Under the pieces are notes generated by a model. That model saw nothing but the letters and a program-made list of their open reading frames with translations, did not search any database and had not been told where the DNA came from. This document shows, piece by piece, positions 1 through 9,390 of a DNA stretch of 64,000 bases (position 1 is its first letter; every line of letters begins with the position of its first letter). Origin of the DNA: Spirochaetia bacterium (GTDB lineage: Bacteria; Spirochaetota; Spirochaetia; UBA9216); NCBI GenBank assembly GCA_963675665.1, contig OY776510.1, forward strand, positions 1,952,001 through 2,016,000, read 5' to 3'. The position numbers and the translations under genes are program-made.

Positions 1-251
1 ATTACAGGCCTTTGATGGGACCGATTCCGATGCTGACGGATACGGAGCTTGACAGTCTGACGATGCCGGTTCAGTATTTCGGCGGATGTCATGATGTTCT
101 TTTGAATAGCGAGGCGTCGGCGAATCGGCTGAAAAAATCGGTCCCACAGGCGGAAATTAATCTTCTTCAGGAAACAGGGCACGTTATCCTGGGGCAGGGA
201 ATGAAGGTTTTGGAGTTTGTAGAGAAAAATTCTTCAGAGTATGTTGTTTGA
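1..251 (+). CDS. Alpha/beta hydrolase, C-terminal part (5' end lies outside the window)
   Basis: Frame is open from the window edge. 'LTMPVQYFGGCHDVLL...LQETGHVI' resembles the catalytic Asp and His loops of alpha/beta hydrolases. Confidence 0.6.
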   Translation, partial: YRPLMGPIPMLTDTELDSLTMPVQYFGGCHDVLLNSEASANRLKKSVPQAEINLLQETGHVILGQGMKVLEFVEKNSSEYVV

Positions 252-281
252 TCTGAAAGAAAGCAGTGATGCGTAGAGAGC

Positions 282-318
282 ACGGAGCAGAATTGACTGG
301 TTGTCAATTCTGCTCCGT
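282..318. terminator. 16-bp perfect hairpin between convergent genes (probable bidirectional terminator)
   Basis: acggagcagaattgac-tggtt-gtcaattctgctccgt; no clear U-tract. Confidence 0.55.
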
Positions 319-422
319 CACCAGCGAAATTTTTAATTCAAGCATACGGTGATTACGGAAAAAGTTTTACTTCAACGGTTTCAGTCCGGGGGAGGTTTGG
401 GGCTGATCTTGCCTGATTAATA

Positions 423-2240
423 CTATTTAATCAGGGGAAATTTTACAGTAAATCTGGTTCCGCCTTTAGGTATGTTTTCTGCTGTAATTTCCCCTTTAAA
501 TTTTGTGATGGTATTGTAGCTGATATACAGCCCCATACCCATGCTCTGATTTCTTTTTTTATTGGAGGAGTAGAACGGCATGAATATAGTATTCATTTTC
601 CCCTCTTCAATACCGGTTCCCGTATCTTCAAAAATGATCGCTACTTTATCATGTTCCTTATCGCTGTATTTGGTGCTGATGAGAAGTTCGCCTCCGTCCG
701 GCATGGCTTCTATTGCATTGCGGATTAGATTGAGAAATACCTGTCTTATTTCTGTCTTGCTGGCATAAATTTCAAAAATCTGTTTTGAATCATCAACAAT
801 AATTCTGACATTACTTTTCTTTGCATTGAATGTTAGAAGCATTACAACTCTTAGGAGCAGATCCGTAACATTGAAAACTTCAAGAGGGGCGTTCTCTTCT
901 GTTGAGAAACCCATCAGGTTGCTGATAGTCTGGGTGATAACCTTGATCTCATCTTCAATTATTTCAATATCAGCTGTAAGTGAAGTTTCATTACAGTTAT
1001 ATTTCATAATCTCAATGATATTTCTGATTATCCCCAGAGGATGATTGATTTCATGAGCAACACCAGCCGCAAGCATCCCGACAGAAGCAAGTTTTTCATT
1101 CTGGATAATATGTTCTCTGAGTGATTCTTCTTCGGTAGTGTCTGTAAGTATAAGAATCTTCCCGATAGAGTTATTATCTTCCATTATCGAAAATGAAGTT
1201 ATATTTGCTATACGTTTGATTCCGTTGAAGAATATCTGGGTTTTAACTGTCTTTGGAGTTGCATCTGAATTCATCAGCGATGTTTCATACTCTTTGGGAA
1301 CGGTAAGAAGCGCCCTCATGGGTCGGTTAAGCAATTGGGAGGTTTTAATCTGAAAGTAATTTTCGGCATGCAGATTCAGAAATTTAATATTGTAGTTATT
1401 GTCGACAGCGATAAGTACTACAGGCAGATCTATCAAAATGGCCTGATTGTATTTTATCAGGTTATAAAAATCTTTATTTGATGTGATCGTATTATGATTC
1501 AGAACATGGCTGTAGAGAATTTTAAGCAGATTATATTTGTCAAGATTGCCGTAAAGATCTGTAAGTATTATTTCACCCTGTCTCAATACAGAAAGATTTG
1601 TCGTAATCGGCGGAATGTAATCAATATGATTTATAAGAAGCAGGATTACGCCTCCGTTTGAAGCGAGTGTCTTTATTATTGCAATAGTCTTGTTGAAATT
1701 ATCAGCTGTCAGTTTGGACAGCACTTCATCAAGTATAAGAACTTTAGGTTTGCAGAAAATGGATATAAGTATTTCCAGAAAAATCTTTTCTGATTCGCTC
1801 AAACTGCCGATTGGCGTCTCTGCAGTAAAATCAGTATCGTAATCTTTAAGAAATTTATTCACCTCTATATTATATGATTTTGAGTCAAAGACCTTGCTGT
1901 ATTTTTTAATCTGGATATAAATGAAAAATTGTTCGCCTACGGTTATGTTTTCAAGAAGAAATCTGCTGTCGGTTATTACTTCAATGCCCAGCCTTCTGGA
2001 TTCTTTTATTGTAAGATTTCTGTAGGATTTGCTGCCGATTCTTATGCGGCCAGTTGATGCTTTCAGACTGCCTTTAAGTATATTGCTGATCAGACTTTTA
2101 CCGGATTCCTTTTCTCCAAGAATTGTATGAATATCTCCGGGGTGGAGTATAATATTTAAAGGTTTGAGCTCTGTTTTTTGAGCGTTCTTTTTTTGTGGTA
2201 TATATGTAATATTTTCTATTGAAATATCGTCTTTGTTCAT
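423..2240 (-). CDS. Soluble sensor histidine kinase with N-terminal degenerate sugar-ABC ATPase domain (ABC-PAS-HisKA-HATPase_c)
   Basis: N-terminus: 'GDIHTILGEKESGKS' (Walker A-like), 'VLILDE' (Walker B), 'VLRQGEI'. Middle is PAS-like. C-terminus: H-box 'AGVAHEINHPL', N-box 'NLIRNAIEA', G1 'DTGTGI', F-box 'IFMPF', G2 'GMGL'. No hydrophobic TM stretch. Confidence 0.85.
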   Translation of the reverse strand: MNKDDISIENITYIPQKKNAQKTELKPLNIILHPGDIHTILGEKESGKSLISNILKGSLKASTGRIRIGSKSYRNLTIKESRRLGIEVITDSRFLLENITVGEQFFIYIQIKKYSKVFDSKSYNIEVNKFLKDYDTDFTAETPIGSLSESEKIFLEILISIFCKPKVLILDEVLSKLTADNFNKTIAIIKTLASNGGVILLLINHIDYIPPITTNLSVLRQGEIILTDLYGNLDKYNLLKILYSHVLNHNTITSNKDFYNLIKYNQAILIDLPVVLIAVDNNYNIKFLNLHAENYFQIKTSQLLNRPMRALLTVPKEYETSLMNSDATPKTVKTQIFFNGIKRIANITSFSIMEDNNSIGKILILTDTTEEESLREHIIQNEKLASVGMLAAGVAHEINHPLGIIRNIIEIMKYNCNETSLTADIEIIEDEIKVITQTISNLMGFSTEENAPLEVFNVTDLLLRVVMLLTFNAKKSNVRIIVDDSKQIFEIYASKTEIRQVFLNLIRNAIEAMPDGGELLISTKYSDKEHDKVAIIFEDTGTGIEEGKMNTIFMPFYSSNKKRNQSMGMGLYISYNTITKFKGEITAENIPKGGTRFTVKFPLIK

Positions 2241-3574
2241 ACATCGACCTTTTTAAGAGAAATCCTGTACCTGGTGATTTTCCTGTAAAGGGTAGTTCTG
2301 CTGATTCCAAGAGCTTTTGCAGTATCGATTTTGTTGTAATTATACTTCTGCAGAGCCAGTTCAATTCTCTCTCTATCAATTTCAGGTTCAGTTTCAATCG
2401 GGTTGAACTCCCTGGTTTTTACAGCAGGTTTCATGAATTCCGGAAGGCTGTCGACCCCTATAGTATCGTTCAGTGAAGTAGCGCAGGAATATGAAATAAT
2501 ATTTATCAGTTCGCGAATATTTCCAGGCCAGTCGTAATCCATCAGCTTGCCGAAGACATCGTCCTTAATGAAGATCTCTTTCTGGTAATCCCTGTTGTAT
2601 TTATCAACAATATTTTTTACCAGAAGCGGAATGTCGTCTTTACGCTCTCGCAGCGGAGGTATTGTGAAGATTCCGGTATTTAACCTGTAGAAAAGATCTT
2701 CCCTGAATGAATTCTGCTGTACCAGGGTATAAAGGTCCTTATTTGTAGCTGCAATAAACCTGACATCAACTTTAATTATTTCCTTGCCTCCGATTCTTCG
2801 CAGTTCCTTGTTTTGTATTGCGCGCAGGATCTTTGCCTGAAGCGCCATCGACATATCGCCAAGCTCATCAAGAAATAATGAGCTGTTATGTGAGCGCTCA
2901 AAAATTCCCTTATACTGTTTGTCTGCGCCGGTAAAAGCGCCTCTGTCATGTCCGAAAAGTTCATTATCAAGCAGTGATTCCGGAAAGGCGGCGCAGTTTA
3001 TTTTCTGCAGCTGCTGATTCCTCCTTAGTGAATTTGAATGAATGAATTCGGCAAGGAGCTCTTTTCCGGTGCCGCTTTCACCGTTAATAAGTGCCGGCAG
3101 ATCTGTGGAAGCATATAAGGAGGCTTTTTCAAGAAGTTCCAGCATCTTCCGGTTTCTGGTAATTATCCCGTGCGTATGCGAGAAGTATTTTTGAAGTTCG
3201 AACTGTTCGATATTATTATTGCAGTACTTCTCAATCAGGCTTACAAGGTGCTCAATTGAAATAGGCTTCTGTATATAGTCTACCGCACCGGCCTGCATGG
3301 ATATTACCGCTGTTGAGATGGTGCCGTAGGCCGTAATCATGATTACAGGAATTCTGGGATATTTGTCGGCAAATTTTAAAAGCAGATCCATTCCTGATTC
3401 TTCACCGAGCATAATATCAAGAAGTATCATATCTATTTGTTTATCCAACAGAATATTAAAAGCCGAACTGCCGTTTAATGCGCTGAAAGCATTATATCCC
3501 CTTATTTTTAATAATCTGGAAAGCGATATATTATGCATCTCCTGATCGTCGACGATGAGTATGTTCTGTTTCAT
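2237..3574 (-). CDS. NtrC-family sigma54-dependent response regulator (REC-AAA+-HTH_8)
   Basis: 'ILIVDD...LLDIML...QKP' receiver, 'GESGTGKE', 'GAFTGA', 'WPGNIREL', 'ALGISRTTLYRK'. ATG at 3574 follows an AGGAG RBS. ATGA overlap with the kinase start. Confidence 0.93.
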   Translation of the reverse strand: MKQNILIVDDQEMHNISLSRLLKIRGYNAFSALNGSSAFNILLDKQIDMILLDIMLGEESGMDLLLKFADKYPRIPVIMITAYGTISTAVISMQAGAVDYIQKPISIEHLVSLIEKYCNNNIEQFELQKYFSHTHGIITRNRKMLELLEKASLYASTDLPALINGESGTGKELLAEFIHSNSLRRNQQLQKINCAAFPESLLDNELFGHDRGAFTGADKQYKGIFERSHNSSLFLDELGDMSMALQAKILRAIQNKELRRIGGKEIIKVDVRFIAATNKDLYTLVQQNSFREDLFYRLNTGIFTIPPLRERKDDIPLLVKNIVDKYNRDYQKEIFIKDDVFGKLMDYDWPGNIRELINIISYSCATSLNDTIGVDSLPEFMKPAVKTREFNPIETEPEIDRERIELALQKYNYNKIDTAKALGISRTTLYRKITRYRISLKKVDV

Positions 3575-3584
3575 TAAATCCTCC

Positions 3585-3648
3585 TGAAACAATAATGTTT
3601 CACTTTGTGGTACATTATTGTTACGGTTGGTGGTACATTATTGTACCA
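3585..3648. promoter_or_regulatory. Three tandem palindromic sites at 23-bp period (putative enhancer/UAS for the adjacent NtrC-type activator)
   Basis: TGAAACA-ATAA-TGTTTCA (3585), TGGTACA-TTAT-TGTTACG (3608), TGGTACA-TTAT-TGTACCA (3631), about 130-190 bp upstream of the sigma54 promoter. Confidence 0.7.
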
Positions 3649-3774
3649 CTTTAACATTGAATTCAAATTTATAAAAGTAAAATGTTTAGCTGTTCCAAAT
3701 AAAAGGTTAAGTAATTTCATAATATATAAGGCATTATAAATTTACTTGTGTATTGTGTTGTATAAAACCGACGA

Positions 3775-3790
3775 TGGCATGTTTGTTGCT
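3775..3790 (+). promoter_or_regulatory. sigma54 (-24/-12) promoter of the polyol ABC/dehydrogenase operon
   Basis: TGGCAT-GTTTG-TTGCT; GG (3776-3777) and GC (3788-3789) are separated by exactly 10 nt. Confidence 0.82.
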
Positions 3791-3877
3791 CTAAGAGGGT
3801 GGGCAGCAATAAGTCGAATAATTCGGCTTCGTCCGTTATAATTAATTTAAGCCTGGAACAGGCTAAAAGGAGAGTTT

Positions 3878-5167
3878 ATGAAATTAAGAAAGCAGTTGGT
3901 TCTTTTATTATGCTTTCTGTTGCTCGGAGCCGTCGTCTTTGCGACCGGTGATCAGGAAAGCAGCTCTGCTGATACAGCAGCAGCCGATTCAGATCTTCAT
4001 GAGATCTACCGGATCCTTCCGAAAGTACCTTTGTCAGGTGTTTTTGATCCTAACATGAAAGACCGATCCGGAATAGAAAAAGCATTTCCTGTTAAACCTA
4101 ATGATCCGGACAACATCGTAATTGGCTGGTCTGAAATAACACTTGCAAATCCCTGGTTTGTAGGCGTTTCGGATGAAGCACATCGTCTGGCTGAAAAATA
4201 CGGATACGAGTTGAAATTTCTTGTTGCTGATTACGATATTCAGAGACAGAGTCAGCACATTGATACTTTCATTACTCAGGATGTTGATATTATTGTTGTT
4301 GACCCGGTTGATATAATGGCTCCTGCTGCAGATATCAAGAGAGCTGTAGATGCCGGTATTCCTACGATATGTATAGGAACAGTACCGGACTATTCTGCTC
4401 CGATTCTCACAACTGTGATTCCCAATCCTTTTGAAAACGGATTTGCATCCGGTGAGTATATCGGTAAAACGTGGAGTGTTAATGAAGAAATCAATGCCGG
4501 GTATATCATCGGCGTTATGGGCAGTTCTACATCTGAAAGTCGGGGTTGTGGAGCAGTTTCCGGTATAGTTTATGGCAGGGCTCAGAAGCTGGGCGTTGAT
4601 ATGAGCAGAGAAGACGCCATGCTTCTGGGCTATAATCTGTTTGAAGAAATAAAAACAAAAGGTAAATTTTCCTATCCTAAACTTAAATTCAATGTTCTCG
4701 CCTGGGGTGTTGGTTCATGGACTGATGAAGGCGGAATGACAGCGGCCGAAGATATGATTACTGCTCATAAGGAAGATATGAATCTTATATTGGGTGGAAA
4801 TGATTTTATGGCAATGGGCGCTCTAAAGGCTGTTACCAACAATGGTCTTAAATCCCAGATTAAAGTAGCCGCCTGTGGGGCTGACGGGTTCAGGGAAGCG
4901 CTTGAACTGATTAAATCGGGAGACCTTATGTGTACTGGTCCATTTGCCGGAACAGCAGTTGGTGCGGCTGCAGTTGAACTGATTCACAAGATATTTGCTG
5001 AAGGTTATGACGCGGGTAATATGCCGATGGGTTCGTATTTCCCTGCTTCCGTAATTTCTCCGGAAACTATTGATGATTATTATGATCCGGACACTTCTAA
5101 TCCGTTTTATAAGCTGCAGCCTGTTCTTTTCAGATCCATTCCTGAAATACTGGCCAGCGGGAAATAA
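3878..5167 (+). CDS. Sugar ABC transporter substrate-binding protein (RbsB/Peripla_BP_4 family, extended)
   Basis: Signal peptide; 'NPWFV', 'VDIIVVDP', 'NDFMAMGA', 'GADG'; AGGAG RBS. Confidence 0.88.
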   Translation: MKLRKQLVLLLCFLLLGAVVFATGDQESSSADTAAADSDLHEIYRILPKVPLSGVFDPNMKDRSGIEKAFPVKPNDPDNIVIGWSEITLANPWFVGVSDEAHRLAEKYGYELKFLVADYDIQRQSQHIDTFITQDVDIIVVDPVDIMAPAADIKRAVDAGIPTICIGTVPDYSAPILTTVIPNPFENGFASGEYIGKTWSVNEEINAGYIIGVMGSSTSESRGCGAVSGIVYGRAQKLGVDMSREDAMLLGYNLFEEIKTKGKFSYPKLKFNVLAWGVGSWTDEGGMTAAEDMITAHKEDMNLILGGNDFMAMGALKAVTNNGLKSQIKVAACGADGFREALELIKSGDLMCTGPFAGTAVGAAAVELIHKIFAEGYDAGNMPMGSYFPASVISPETIDDYYDPDTSNPFYKLQPVLFRSIPEILASGK

Positions 5168-5180
5168 TTGCAGTTTTTTG

Positions 5181-5211
5181 GAGTTCCGGCTGTAAATGCC
5201 GGAACTCTTTT
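5181..5211 (+). terminator. Intercistronic hairpin after SBP gene
   Basis: gagttccggc-tgtaaat-gccggaactc followed by tttt. Confidence 0.6.
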
Positions 5212-5231
5212 GCAGGCAGGAGATTTTAGTT

Positions 5232-6752
5232 ATGGGAGATTCAGCAATGTACAATGAAACAATCAACTTTGTTGAAATGCGGGACATCTGTAAGCATTTC
5301 GGCGGTGTACAGGCTTTAAATAAGGTTTCATTCAGTGCCGGTAAAGGCGAAGTGCATGCTTTAATGGGAGAGAACGGCGCAGGGAAGTCTACCCTAATGA
5401 AAATTTTATCGGGGGCTCATTTAAAGGATTCCGGAGAGATAAAATTAGACAATGAAGTCGTTGATATCAATAGTCCCAGATGCAGTCACGAAAATGGAAT
5501 ATCCATCATATACCAGGAATTTACCCTTGCAAGGGATTTGACTGTTGCTGAGAATATTTTTATAGACAATCTTGGGAAAGGCCGTTCAATTATCGACTGG
5601 AAAACTCTGAATGCCAAAGCAGCAAAACTGCTTAACAAACTTGGATTCAATGATATTAATGTATCCAGGCCTGTTTCTGAACTGTCGGTCGGATATCAGC
5701 AGGTTGTGGAAATCTGCAAAGCTTTGTCCCGGGATTCCAAAGTAATTATTTTTGACGAACCGACTGCTGTTCTGACGGTAAATGAAGTCACAAAGCTTTT
5801 CGAGATAATCAATACGCTGAAGAAGCATGATGTATGCATTATTTATATCTCTCACAGACTGGAAGAAATATTTGAAATCTGTGATCGTATTACGGTTCTT
5901 AAAGACGGCGGATATGTCGATACAGTTTCAGTTAAAGATACAACCAACAATGCTCTCGTTAGAATGATGATTGGGCGTGACCTTAAAGAGTTTTTCCCAC
6001 CCCGAAATGTAAAAATAGGAGAAACGATCCTTTCGGTAAATAATCTTTCCGCCGGCAAAGCGGTTAGGGACGTATCATTTGAACTTCGCAAAGGTGAAGT
6101 CCTCGGATTTAACGGGCTTGTCGGGGCAGGCCGGACTGAAACAATGCGGGCTATATTCGGAGCAGACAGAATTGATTGCGGAGAAATTTACCTCAGAAAC
6201 AAGCTTGTAAAAATAAAGTCTCCAAAAGAGGCTGTTAAAATGGGTTTGGGCATGCTGCCTGAAGACAGAAAAAATCAGGGAGTTTTATTGGAGCAGTCGG
6301 TACGTGTGAATGCATCATTAAGCTTTCTCAACAGAATCAGCAATTCATTCGGTTTTATTGACGGAAAGAAAGAAAAAGAAATTGTAAATGATTTAATGAA
6401 AAAACTTTCCGTCAAAGCAGAGTCAATCGATATTGAGACTTCAAGTCTTTCAGGCGGAAACCAGCAGAAGGTTTCGCTGATGAAATGGCTCGGTTCAGGC
6501 TGTGATATTTTAATACTGGATGAACCTACACGCGGAGTTGATGTAGGGGCGAAAATAGAAATATATAAAGTAATAAATAAATTAGCTGAAGAAGGAGTGG
6601 CCATAATTATGATCTCATCAGAATTACCTGAAGTTATCGGGATGAGCGACAGGGCAATAATAATGAGACAGGGTGTGGTAATGGGTGAATGTGCTGAAGA
6701 TACTCTTACAGAGCACGGATGCATAGAACTCGCAATGGGAGTAAATGTATGA
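5232..6752 (+). CDS. Sugar ABC transporter ATP-binding protein (CUT2, RbsA/MglA type, two NBDs)
   Basis: 'GENGAGKST', 'IYQE', 'FDEPT', 'ISHRLEE', 'LSGGNQQK', 'DEPTRGVDVGAK'. Start is 5232 or 5247. Confidence 0.93.
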   Translation: MGDSAMYNETINFVEMRDICKHFGGVQALNKVSFSAGKGEVHALMGENGAGKSTLMKILSGAHLKDSGEIKLDNEVVDINSPRCSHENGISIIYQEFTLARDLTVAENIFIDNLGKGRSIIDWKTLNAKAAKLLNKLGFNDINVSRPVSELSVGYQQVVEICKALSRDSKVIIFDEPTAVLTVNEVTKLFEIINTLKKHDVCIIYISHRLEEIFEICDRITVLKDGGYVDTVSVKDTTNNALVRMMIGRDLKEFFPPRNVKIGETILSVNNLSAGKAVRDVSFELRKGEVLGFNGLVGAGRTETMRAIFGADRIDCGEIYLRNKLVKIKSPKEAVKMGLGMLPEDRKNQGVLLEQSVRVNASLSFLNRISNSFGFIDGKKEKEIVNDLMKKLSVKAESIDIETSSLSGGNQQKVSLMKWLGSGCDILILDEPTRGVDVGAKIEIYKVINKLAEEGVAIIMISSELPEVIGMSDRAIIMRQGVVMGECAEDTLTEHGCIELAMGVNV

Positions 6753-7765
6753 GTACAATAATAAACAGCGAAAGCAAAACAGGCAAAAAAATTGACATTG
6801 GTGCCTTGATAATAAAATATAATGCCTTTTTTATGCTTATAGTATTAATAATTGTATCCAGTTTTTTGTCAAAGTCGTTCCTGACTTCAGGTAATATTCT
6901 GAATATTCTTCGTCAGAACACCCCCCTGATGCTTGCAAGTCTCGGAATGCTTCTGGTAATTCTTACCGGTGGAATTGATCTGGCGGTAGGATCAATTGCA
7001 GCAGTCAGCTGCATGATGGTTTCAATCGCAATAGCCAAATGGAATTTCACGTCGGTTTTCGGACTTGTCCTCGCTATCCTGATTTCGGTATTAGTCGGAT
7101 TCCTTCTGGGTGCAGCCACCGGCTCTCTGGTTGCGTTTATGAGAATGGCTCCTTTTGTCGCTTCACTGTCCATGATGACTATCGGCAGGGGAATTGCATA
7201 CCTTCTGACAAACGGGCAGCCCCTCAGGCTTCCGATGGAACGTACTGCTAGCAATATTCTCAATGCAATAGGAAATTCAAAAGTACCTTTTATAAACCTG
7301 CCGTGGCCTATCCTGATTTCGATTATTGCTATTGTGATTCTGTTTCTGGTGATGAAATACACAACATTCGGCCGGCTGCTGATTGCAACCGGAAGTAATG
7401 AAACAGCCGTCCGCCTGGCAGGAATTACCGTTGAGAAGTATAAATTCTTTTCATATGCAATATGCGGAGGATTGTGTGCAGTATCGGGTATTCTTGTAAC
7501 CAGCCGTGCGGCTATCGGAACGCCTGCAACAGGTTTAAATCTCGAACTTGATGCAATAGCCGCCTGCGTTATCGGCGGGGCAAGCCTTTCCGGAGGAAAA
7601 GGTACCGTTGTAAACACGGTTATAGGCGTGCTGGTTCTGGGTCTGATCGGAAATATTATGAACCTTTTAAGTGTTCCGGCATACCCGCAGCAAATTATCA
7701 AGGGGCTGATAATCATAGTTGCAGTTTTTCTGCAGGGAGTAACTGATAAAAAGACTAGAGTTTAA
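6749..7765 (+). CDS. Sugar ABC transporter permease (RbsC/BPD_transp_2)
   Basis: 'ILTGGIDLAVGS', 'GSNETAVRLAGI', 'ELDAIAACVIGGASLSGGKG'; ATGA overlap with the ATPase. Confidence 0.92.
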   Translation: MSTIINSESKTGKKIDIGALIIKYNAFFMLIVLIIVSSFLSKSFLTSGNILNILRQNTPLMLASLGMLLVILTGGIDLAVGSIAAVSCMMVSIAIAKWNFTSVFGLVLAILISVLVGFLLGAATGSLVAFMRMAPFVASLSMMTIGRGIAYLLTNGQPLRLPMERTASNILNAIGNSKVPFINLPWPILISIIAIVILFLVMKYTTFGRLLIATGSNETAVRLAGITVEKYKFFSYAICGGLCAVSGILVTSRAAIGTPATGLNLELDAIAACVIGGASLSGGKGTVVNTVIGVLVLGLIGNIMNLLSVPAYPQQIIKGLIIIVAVFLQGVTDKKTRV

Positions 7766-7800
7766 AGACATGATAAAGAGGTAGATAAAGGAAGTTTGTA

Positions 7801-8331
7801 ATGATTCACGAAAAAGAGGTTGTGAAGGATAGATTGATGGCAACTGCCAAAAGGATGGCTGTTGCCGCCAGAACTGCTCCCAAATGCATGGGAGTAGATA
7901 ATATATTTATTTCCATTCTTGAAGAAGACGAAATTACCGCTGTAGCTGAACATATGCAGAAGATGCACCGTGAAAAAATGGTTCCGGATTATTACATCAG
8001 GGATGCAGAGAATATTATGGCGGTTCAGATTATGCTGCTGATAGGCACAGATTATGTTGCTACCGGAGCTCCCTCCTGCGGCGCCTGCGGTTTTAGAGAT
8101 TGCGGACATAAGGAAAAGGCTGTTCCGTGTGCATTCAATACTGCTGATATGGGTCTCGCTGTCGGGTCTGCAGTCTCGATTGCGGCGGACGACAGAATTG
8201 ATAACCGGATAATGTTTTCTGTAGGCCAGGCGGTTATCGATCTGAAACTTATAGATAAAGATTTGAAGTTTATTTACGGAATACCTTTGAGTATAAGTTC
8301 AAAGAATCCGTTCTTTGACAGAGGCAAATAA
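7801..8331 (+). CDS. DUF2148-family ferredoxin-like protein
   Basis: 'AARTAPK', 'CGACGFRDC', 'DMGLAVGSA', 'DNRIMFSVG', 'GIPLSISSKNPFFDR'. Confidence 0.8.
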   Translation: MIHEKEVVKDRLMATAKRMAVAARTAPKCMGVDNIFISILEEDEITAVAEHMQKMHREKMVPDYYIRDAENIMAVQIMLLIGTDYVATGAPSCGACGFRDCGHKEKAVPCAFNTADMGLAVGSAVSIAADDRIDNRIMFSVGQAVIDLKLIDKDLKFIYGIPLSISSKNPFFDRGK

Positions 8332-8342
8332 CAGAGAGAAAT

Positions 8343-9377
8343 ATGAAGGCATTGGTTCTTGAAAAAAAAGGCGATATCAGGTTGCGGGATATTGATATAG
8401 AAGAAACTCTCGGCCCTGGAGACGTCAGAATATCACCGGTCAGCGTTGGTATCTGCGGCAGTGATATACATTACTATCTCGACGGTGAAATAGGTTCATT
8501 TACTGTCAACGCCCCGATGGTTCTTGGTCATGAGGCTTCCGGTGTAATTATCGAAACCGGTTCGGATGTACATAATCTGAAAGTGGGCGACAGGGTATGT
8601 ATTGAGCCGGGCATTCCTGATTGGTCGGGCAAAGCGTGCAGGGAAGGGTTTTATAATCTCGATCCGGGACTAGTTTTCTGGGCAACTCCGCCGTGGCACG
8701 GTTGTCTACGTGAAAATGTAGTTATGCCTGAATCGCTTGTTTACAGGTTGCCTGATAATGTCGGAAACGAAGAAGGCGCGATGGTTGAACCGCTTGCGGT
8801 CGGGGTACATGCATCGTCAAAGGCGAATATAAAACCGGGCGATATTGCTCTTGTGCTTGGGGCCGGAACAATCGGGTATATGACGGCATTTGCGGCCCTT
8901 GCCTCCGGGTGCAGCCAGGTGATCATTACTGATATTAAACGGGACAGGCTGTCGGCGGCGGAAGAATATGATTCTGTTCTTCCGGTATGCGTTGCCGACT
9001 CGGATCTGTCTGAAATGGTTAACGAAAAGACAGGGAACCGGGGATGCAATATTGTATTTGAAACAACAGGCAGTGCAAGGATTTATGACGATGTTGCTGA
9101 ATATATATGCCCGGGCGGGACATTTATCATAATCGGAACGCCGCCGTGTTCTGTCGGCGTGAATATCGGCGCGCTGCAGGTAAAAGAAGTAACTGTAAAA
9201 CCAATATTCAGGTATGCAAATGTATACGACAGGGCCCTTGCTTTAATCAGCAGCGGACATGTAAACGTTAAACCTCTGATAACCCACCGGTTCGGTTTTA
9301 ATGATAGTGTTGAAGCTTTTAAATTTGCAGCAACCCTGCCTCAGGGTGCAATAAAAACAATGATTAATTTTTCATAA
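8343..9377 (+). CDS. Zn-dependent polyol dehydrogenase (xylitol dehydrogenase/D-xylulose reductase-like)
   Basis: '[10 protein letters not shown]', 'LGHEASG', '[14 protein letters not shown]', 'GAGTIG', 'IFRYANVY'; the structural-Zn Cys cluster is largely absent. Confidence 0.85.
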   Translation: MKALVLEKKGDIRLRDIDIEETLGPGDVRISPVSVGICGSDIHYYLDGEIGSFTVNAPMVLGHEASGVIIETGSDVHNLKVGDRVCIEPGIPDWSGKACREGFYNLDPGLVFWATPPWHGCLRENVVMPESLVYRLPDNVGNEEGAMVEPLAVGVHASSKANIKPGDIALVLGAGTIGYMTAFAALASGCSQVIITDIKRDRLSAAEEYDSVLPVCVADSDLSEMVNEKTGNRGCNIVFETTGSARIYDDVAEYICPGGTFIIIGTPPCSVGVNIGALQVKEVTVKPIFRYANVYDRALALISSGHVNVKPLITHRFGFNDSVEAFKFAATLPQGAIKTMINFS

Positions 9378-9390
9378 TAAGGAGATTGTA

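Noticed and set aside
423-2240. Chance fusion or assembly artefact joining an ABC ATPase and a kinase
   Set aside because: The same architecture and linker recur independently in a diverged copy at 22781..24595.
3585-3648. Mini CRISPR or tandem repeat
   Set aside because: The units are 18-bp palindromes with 5-bp gaps and there are no cas genes; an enhancer array fits better.
6913-7716. 267-aa antisense ORF (similar ones at 35200..36078, 50629..51339, 51795..52514 and 62189..62953)
   Set aside because: Each lies opposite a well-supported gene and has no recognisable motif; treated as shadow ORFs.
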